Made by a program: the position numbers and the translations under genes. DNA of 42,958 nt. It comes from Candidatus Omnitrophota bacterium. Its GTDB lineage: Bacteria; Omnitrophota; Gorgyraeia; Gygaellales; Profunditerraquicolaceae. A model generated the notes under the pieces. That model made no database searches. It had not been told where the DNA came from and saw nothing but the letters and a program-made list of their open reading frames with translations. Below, piece by piece: positions 37,645 through 42,958 of the stretch. How positions within the stretch are numbered: position 1 is the first letter of the stretch; every line of letters starts with the position of its first letter. The stretch is taken from assembly GCA_041308825.1 (NCBI GenBank), contig JBFZAU010000121.1:1-42958 (forward strand), read 5' to 3'.

Positions 37645-38715
37645 ATGAAAGCAGTATTATTTTTAGAGGACGGGAAAAGTTTTGCCGGGCAGAGTGATGT
37701 TAATACAGAGTGTGCGGGTGAGGTAATTATTAATACCGCGGTAGTGGGTTATCAGGAGATGCTTACTGACCCGGCCAATGCCGGGAAAATTTTGGTATTT
37801 ACTTATCCTTTAATCGGGAACTATGGATGCGCTCTTAAATTCAATGAATCGGCCAAGGTTTGGGTTGCTGCTGCGGTGATGAAAGAAAAAAGCCGCCTGT
37901 ATTCCAATTGGCAGGCGAATACCAGTCTGGATGATTTTCTTAAAAACCATAATAAGGGGGCAATTTATAGTCTGGATACCCGCACCTTAACCGTGTATTT
38001 ACGGGAGAAAGGGCCGTTGTGGGGGGTTATTTCTACCGCGGAGTTTGACCCCAAGAAGCTCCAAGAAAAAATTAATAGATATAAACAGCAGCCAGCCTCT
38101 AGCGTAGTAACCGAAGTTTCGGCGACTAAGCCGCGCACCCAAGGAAGCTTGCGGGGAAAGAAAATTGCGGTTTTAGATCTTGGTGTAACTGCCAGCCTGC
38201 TTGGGCAACTGGAGGGATTGGGATTTTCGCTGAAGATTTTTCCCGGCCACGCAAATTCTAAGCAAATCTTAAGCGTAAAACCCCAAGGTTTAATTATTAC
38301 CAGCGGGCCGGAAAATGACTGTGGTCTGGAAGCGGTTGTGCAGAATATAAAACCCCTGATCGGCAAGATGCCCATTTTAGGGATTGCCGCGGGTTGCCAG
38401 GTTTTAGCCAGCGCTTTAGGAGCGCGCTTGAGCCGCTTAAAACTTGGTCATCGGGGAGTAAATTATCCCATTGCCCGGCCGGGGACATTCAAAGGGGAAA
38501 TTACGACCCAGAATCACGGCTATGTGATTGACAACGATTCTTTACGAAAAATTAAAGGAATCAAAGTTACCGCGTATAATTTAAACGACCATACGATCGA
38601 GGAGATTGAAAGCAAGAAGCTGAAGCTAATCGGGGTGCAATACAATCTGCCCAGCCCCGGGTTTAAACAGGCCAATGCTATTTTAATAAAGTTCAGCAAA
38701 CTATTGGGGAATTAA
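37645..38715 (+). CDS. carA: Carbamoyl-phosphate synthase small (glutaminase) subunit
   Basis: [27 protein letters not shown], and a GATase domain with [12 protein letters not shown] and QNHGY. Confidence 0.93.
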   Translation: MKAVLFLEDGKSFAGQSDVNTECAGEVIINTAVVGYQEMLTDPANAGKILVFTYPLIGNYGCALKFNESAKVWVAAAVMKEKSRLYSNWQANTSLDDFLKNHNKGAIYSLDTRTLTVYLREKGPLWGVISTAEFDPKKLQEKINRYKQQPASSVVTEVSATKPRTQGSLRGKKIAVLDLGVTASLLGQLEGLGFSLKIFPGHANSKQILSVKPQGLIITSGPENDCGLEAVVQNIKPLIGKMPILGIAAGCQVLASALGARLSRLKLGHRGVNYPIARPGTFKGEITTQNHGYVIDNDSLRKIKGIKVTAYNLNDHTIEEIESKKLKLIGVQYNLPSPGFKQANAILIKFSKLLGN

Positions 38716-38716
38716 A

Positions 38717-41700
38717 ATGCCTAGACGCAAAGATTTTAAAAAAGTTTTAATGATTGGTTCCGGTCCGATCGTGATCGGCCAGGCCTGTGAATTTGATTAT
38801 TCCGGCAGCCAGGCCTGTAAGGCCTTGCGGGAGGAAGGTTATTTTACGATCCTGGTCAACTCTAATCCGGCCACGATTATGACGGATCCCGGCATGGCGG
38901 ATGTGACTTATATCGAACCGCTGAATGTTGAAATTTTAACTAAAATCATCGCTAAGGAGCGGCCGGATGCCCTCTTGCCCACGCTGGGGGGACAAACCGG
39001 ATTGAACCTGGCCTTCTTTTTAATGAAGCAGGGGGTGTTGAAGAAGTATGGAGTAGAATCAATCGGGGCTTCAGTAGAGGCGATCGCCTGTGCCGAGGAT
39101 AGAGAGTTATTTAAAAAAGCCATGCAGGAGATCGGGGTAGAGGTACCCAAAAGCGGGATCGCCACCAGCGTGAAAGAGGGGATGAAGATAGGGCTGGGGA
39201 TTGGTTTTCCTTTAATCTTGCGGCCGGCGTATTGCTTAGGTGGTTCAGGCGGCAGCATCGTTTATAATAAAGAAGAATTGGAGGCATTTTTAGCCAAAGG
39301 CATTGAAACCAGCCCGGTGCATCAGATCTTAGTGGAGCAATCGGTCCTGGGTTGGAAAGAAATTGAATTCGAGGTGATGCGCGATTGCGCCGACAACGTG
39401 ATTATGATCACCTCGATGGAAAACATTGATCCGATGGGCGTGCACACCGGTGACAGTATTGTGGTGGCTCCGGCTCAGACGCTGACTCCTCAGGAATACA
39501 CGGATTTTGTTTGTCTTTGTAAAAAAATCATCCGTAAAATCGGGATTTCCGGCGGCGGAGCTAATATCCAATTCGGCCAGAATCCGGATAACGGTAAGAT
39601 TGTGATTATCGAAGTCAACCCCCGGCTTTCCCGCTCTTCGGCCTTGGCCTCGAAAGCCACGGGTTTTCCGATCGCCCGGGTGGCGACTAAGCTGGCGGTG
39701 GGATTAACCTTGCCTGAAGTAATGAATCAGGTGACAGGCAGAACCACCTCGTTTTTTGAGCCGACGATTGACTACTGCGTATTTAAGATCTGCCGGTTTA
39801 CTTTCGAAAAATTTCCGCACGCCGAAAGAGTACTGAACACCTCGATGAAAGCAGTCGGAGAAGCGATGTCTATCGGCAGGAATTTTAAAGAAGCCCTGCA
39901 AAAAGGGATGCGTTCGATTGAGATTAAGCGTTTTGGTTTCGGAGCGGACGGTAAGGATAAAATTACCGATGCACAGCTGAAAAATCCGGACTCCTCGCTG
40001 TTAAAGCAAATTAAAGATAAAATCCGCGTCCCTAATGACGAAAGGCTGTTTTATTTAAGGTACGCTTTAAAAGCAGGCCTCTCTTTGGATGAAATTTATG
40101 CGCTTAGCCGTATCGACCGTTGGTTTTTGGATAACCTGCGACAGCTGATTGAGCGGGAAGAGGAAATTAAACAATACAGAAATGAAGCAGTTGATGATGA
40201 GCTTAAGGTCCCGGCCGAATTAATCGCCGCCGCCAAAACCGATGGATTCTGCGATATTCAGCTGGCTTTTCTTTTGAACACCAAGGAGGCAAAAGTGAAA
40301 CAGTTACGCAAGAAAGCCGGGATTAAGCCGGCATATAAATTAGTAGATACCTGCGCCGGGGAGTTTAATGCTCGACAGCCGTATTTTTATTCCACGCAGG
40401 AAACTAAAGATGAATCCCGCCCCAGTAAAAATAAAAAGGTCGTAATTTTAGGCGGCGGCCCCAACAGAATCGGCCAGGGGATTGAGTTTGATTATTGTTG
40501 TTGCCACGCGGCCTATGCCCTTAAAGAAGAAGGGATAGACAGTATCATGGTTAATTGTAATCCGGAAACCGTCTCTACGGACTACGATACATCCGACCGG
40601 CTTTATTTTGAACCTTTAACTTTTGAAGATATTATGAATATTATTGAAGTCGAGAAACCGTTAGGAGTGATTGTGCAATTTGGAGGCCAAACCCCGATTA
40701 ACCTGGCGGTAGCCTTACGGGCGGCAGGAGTAAACATTCTGGGGACTAGCTCTGAAAGTATTGATATTGCCGAAGACCGTAAGCGTTTTAAACGGCTGAT
40801 TGATAAACTGGGGTTATTGCAACCTAACAGCGGCACGGTGTTTACCTTTGAAGAGGCTAAAAAAGTCGCCAGCAGCATCGGCTATCCGGTATTAGTCAGG
40901 CCTTCCTATGTTTTGGGCGGCCGGGCGATGGAGATTGTTTATGACCAGGAGGTTTTGGAGAGGTTTATCCGGGAGGCGGCGGAGGTTTCCGGAGAGCATC
41001 CGATTTTAATCGATAAATTTTTGGAGGATGCGATCGAGGTGGATGTGGATTTAATCGGTGACGGTGGAACCTTCGTGATTGGCGGGATCATGGAGCATAT
41101 TGAGCAAGCCGGAGTACATTCGGGGGATGCGGCGATGAGCCTGCCTACTTATACCCTGAGCCCGGATATTTTGAAAAAATTAAGAGAGGCTTCTTACCGG
41201 CTGGCCAAAGAGTTAAACATCGTCGGGTTAATGAACGTCCAGTATGCCGTTAAAGATGCCAAGATCTATGTTTTAGAAGTTAACCCGCGGGCCTCCCGTA
41301 CCGTGCCTTTAGTTTCTAAGGTGATCGGCGTGCCTTTAGCTAAATTAGCCACCAAAGTTATGCTGGGTAAAAAATTAAAAGACCTGGGTTTTACCGATGA
41401 GGTGATTCCGCCTTATGTGGCGGTAAAAGAATCCGTATTTCCTTTTAACCGCTTCCCGGGGGTGGATGTAATGCTGGGCCCGGAGATGAAATCTACCGGA
41501 GAGGTGATGGGAATTGATTTGGATTTTTCCAGCGCTTACATTAAAAGCCAGATTGCCGCCGGACAAAAGGTCCCTAAAAGCGGCAATGTTTTTATCTCGG
41601 TGCATGACCGGGATAAGAGGGATATTGTGTTTATCGCCAAGAAATTAAAGGATTTGGGTTTTAATATTTTTGCCTCCAGCGGTACCGCGTCGGTTTTAGG

Positions 41701-41995
41701 TAAAAATAATATCCCGGCCAAGGTTTTACCTAAAATCAGCGAAGGCCGGCCGAACATCCTGGATCTGATGAAGGATGGCAAAATCCAGATGGTGATTAAT
41801 ACTCCTTCCGGCCGGATTCCCCGTCAGGACGAAGTGAAAATCCGCTCCCAGGTTATTCTTTATAATATACCTTACACCACGACGATCTTCGGGGCCCAGG
41901 CAACGGTGAACGGCATTGAAGTGCTGATCAAAAAAGACTTAAGCGCCAAGTCCCTGCAAGAGTACCATAAAATGAAATGTAAAAAGGTAAAATAA
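38717..41995 (+). CDS. carB: Carbamoyl-phosphate synthase large subunit
   Basis: Duplicated ATP-grasp halves ([21 protein letters not shown] and [21 protein letters not shown]) plus a C-terminal MGS-like domain. Confidence 0.97.
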   Translation: MPRRKDFKKVLMIGSGPIVIGQACEFDYSGSQACKALREEGYFTILVNSNPATIMTDPGMADVTYIEPLNVEILTKIIAKERPDALLPTLGGQTGLNLAFFLMKQGVLKKYGVESIGASVEAIACAEDRELFKKAMQEIGVEVPKSGIATSVKEGMKIGLGIGFPLILRPAYCLGGSGGSIVYNKEELEAFLAKGIETSPVHQILVEQSVLGWKEIEFEVMRDCADNVIMITSMENIDPMGVHTGDSIVVAPAQTLTPQEYTDFVCLCKKIIRKIGISGGGANIQFGQNPDNGKIVIIEVNPRLSRSSALASKATGFPIARVATKLAVGLTLPEVMNQVTGRTTSFFEPTIDYCVFKICRFTFEKFPHAERVLNTSMKAVGEAMSIGRNFKEALQKGMRSIEIKRFGFGADGKDKITDAQLKNPDSSLLKQIKDKIRVPNDERLFYLRYALKAGLSLDEIYALSRIDRWFLDNLRQLIEREEEIKQYRNEAVDDELKVPAELIAAAKTDGFCDIQLAFLLNTKEAKVKQLRKKAGIKPAYKLVDTCAGEFNARQPYFYSTQETKDESRPSKNKKVVILGGGPNRIGQGIEFDYCCCHAAYALKEEGIDSIMVNCNPETVSTDYDTSDRLYFEPLTFEDIMNIIEVEKPLGVIVQFGGQTPINLAVALRAAGVNILGTSSESIDIAEDRKRFKRLIDKLGLLQPNSGTVFTFEEAKKVASSIGYPVLVRPSYVLGGRAMEIVYDQEVLERFIREAAEVSGEHPILIDKFLEDAIEVDVDLIGDGGTFVIGGIMEHIEQAGVHSGDAAMSLPTYTLSPDILKKLREASYRLAKELNIVGLMNVQYAVKDAKIYVLEVNPRASRTVPLVSKVIGVPLAKLATKVMLGKKLKDLGFTDEVIPPYVAVKESVFPFNRFPGVDVMLGPEMKSTGEVMGIDLDFSSAYIKSQIAAGQKVPKSGNVFISVHDRDKRDIVFIAKKLKDLGFNIFASSGTASVLGKNNIPAKVLPKISEGRPNILDLMKDGKIQMVINTPSGRIPRQDEVKIRSQVILYNIPYTTTIFGAQATVNGIEVLIKKDLSAKSLQEYHKMKCKKVK

Positions 41996-41998
41996 CAG

Positions 41999-42799
41999 AT
42001 GCCCGAGCTGCCGGAAGTAGAAACGATTAAAACCGATCTCAGTAAATTAATTATCGGCAAAAAAATTAAGCGGGTTAATATTTATAATGCCAAAGTAATC
42101 CGGCAGCCAAAACCGGCCATTTTTAAAAAATCCCTGGAAGGCCTAACGATTAAACAGATCCACCGCCGTGGAAAATTGCTGATTTTAAGGTTATCCAGCG
42201 GTAACTTTTTGACCGTGCACTTAAAAATGACCGGGCAGTTAGTGATCCCCGGTGGAGCAAGGTCCAGCCGCGTTTCCTTTGCGTTATCGGGGGGAATGAT
42301 TTTAGATTTTAATGACCAGCGGTTATTCGGGGAATTGCGCTTAATCGATGATTGGCGGCGGCTAAAATTTATCCGGCGCCTGGGGCCGGAGCCGTTTGAG
42401 CTTACCTATCCGCAGTTTAAAGCGATGATTTCGAAAAAGAAGACGACGATTAAACCGCTGCTCTTGGACCAATCATTTATCTGCGGGATCGGCAATATTT
42501 ATGCCGCGGAAATTTTATTTCACGCTAAAATTAACCCGCAGCGTTCGGCGGGAAGTTTAACCGAAAATGAAAAACAGGCGCTTTACCGGCAGATGCAAAG
42601 AGTTTTAAAAAGCGCAATCAAGCATGGTGGTTCTTCCGTAGACGATTATGTGCGGGTTTCCGGTCAAAACGGCCAATACGGCCGGCTGCATAAAGTTTAC
42701 AACCGGCAGGGCAAGCCCTGTTTGGTATGTGCCCAGCCGGTAAAAAGAATCGATCAGGGCGGCCGGGGGACCTATTTTTGCGCGCACTGCCAAGCTTAA
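41999..42799 (+). CDS. mutM: Formamidopyrimidine-DNA glycosylase (Fpg/MutM)
   Basis: MPELPEVETI with the catalytic N-terminal Pro, H2TH (LLDQSFICGIGNIYAAEILF) and a C-terminal zinc finger (CLVC...RGTYFCAHCQ). Confidence 0.93.
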   Translation: MPELPEVETIKTDLSKLIIGKKIKRVNIYNAKVIRQPKPAIFKKSLEGLTIKQIHRRGKLLILRLSSGNFLTVHLKMTGQLVIPGGARSSRVSFALSGGMILDFNDQRLFGELRLIDDWRRLKFIRRLGPEPFELTYPQFKAMISKKKTTIKPLLLDQSFICGIGNIYAAEILFHAKINPQRSAGSLTENEKQALYRQMQRVLKSAIKHGGSSVDDYVRVSGQNGQYGRLHKVYNRQGKPCLVCAQPVKRIDQGGRGTYFCAHCQA

Positions 42800-42825
42800 G
42801 GCTTTAAGAGAGCGGGTTTTGCAAA

Positions 42826-42958
42826 ATGAGCATACAAGAGGTAAAAGCAAAAATAATTTTTAATCAAAGAATTAACGGCGATTACGGATATTTAGAATTT
42901 AGTGCTGCCGCCATTGCCCGCCAGGCCAAACCCGGACAGTTTGTAAATATCCGCATGA
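42826..42958 (+). CDS. pyrK: Dihydroorotate dehydrogenase electron-transfer subunit PyrK, N-terminal fragment that runs off the window
   Basis: MSIQEVKAKIIFNQRINGDYGYLEFSAAAIARQAKPGQFVNIRM is a PyrK-like FAD-binding N-terminus, and the gene sits in the Bacillus-type position after carB. Confidence 0.65.
   Translation, partial: MSIQEVKAKIIFNQRINGDYGYLEFSAAAIARQAKPGQFVNIRM

Overview
Origin-proximal chromosomal segment of an uncultivated bacterium. It comes from a short-read metagenome assembly, because an Illumina adapter remnant sits at the contig start. Gene content is almost entirely housekeeping. Every gene left of about 21.2 kb is on the minus strand: UvrD-like helicase fragment, cyclophilin, coiled-coil protein, rarA, pheST, trkH/trkA/trkA, rplT-rpmI-infC-thrS, three tRNAs, coaC, rpoZ, gmk, yicC, ndk, parBA, jag_N, yidC, yidD, rpmH. 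Every gene to the right is on the plus strand: dnaA, dnaN, DUF721, gyrB, membrane protein, gyrA, tRNA-Glu, glmS, rsmI, then a Bacillus-like pyrimidine cluster pyrR-pyrB-pyrC-[EndoQ-like]-tRNA-Arg-carA-carB-[fpg]-pyrK. The switch point carries DnaA boxes and divergent near-consensus promoters, so it is called as oriC, and two parS-like sites lie 2.4 kb away. I found no defence system, mobile element, integrase or CRISPR array. The one region that ordinary annotation does not explain is a 1.15-kb non-coding block (13294-14457) between thrS and coaC. There, tRNA-Val, tRNA-Leu and tRNA-Cys are embedded in at least 10 diverged copies of a modular stem-loop repeat about 45 nt long. The stems show compensatory base changes and the loops are conserved. 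AT-clamped mini-hairpins abut the tRNA ends. Secondary observations are: a roughly 155-nt long-stem structured element with its own promoter upstream of rarA; a non-AUG (ATA) infC start; an unannotated 38-aa membrane ORF coupled to trkH; rnpA missing from the rpmH-yidD junction; a PyrR attenuator; and two base-damage repair genes inside the pyr cluster. All calls come from reading the sequence and ORF translations by eye. No database search was run.
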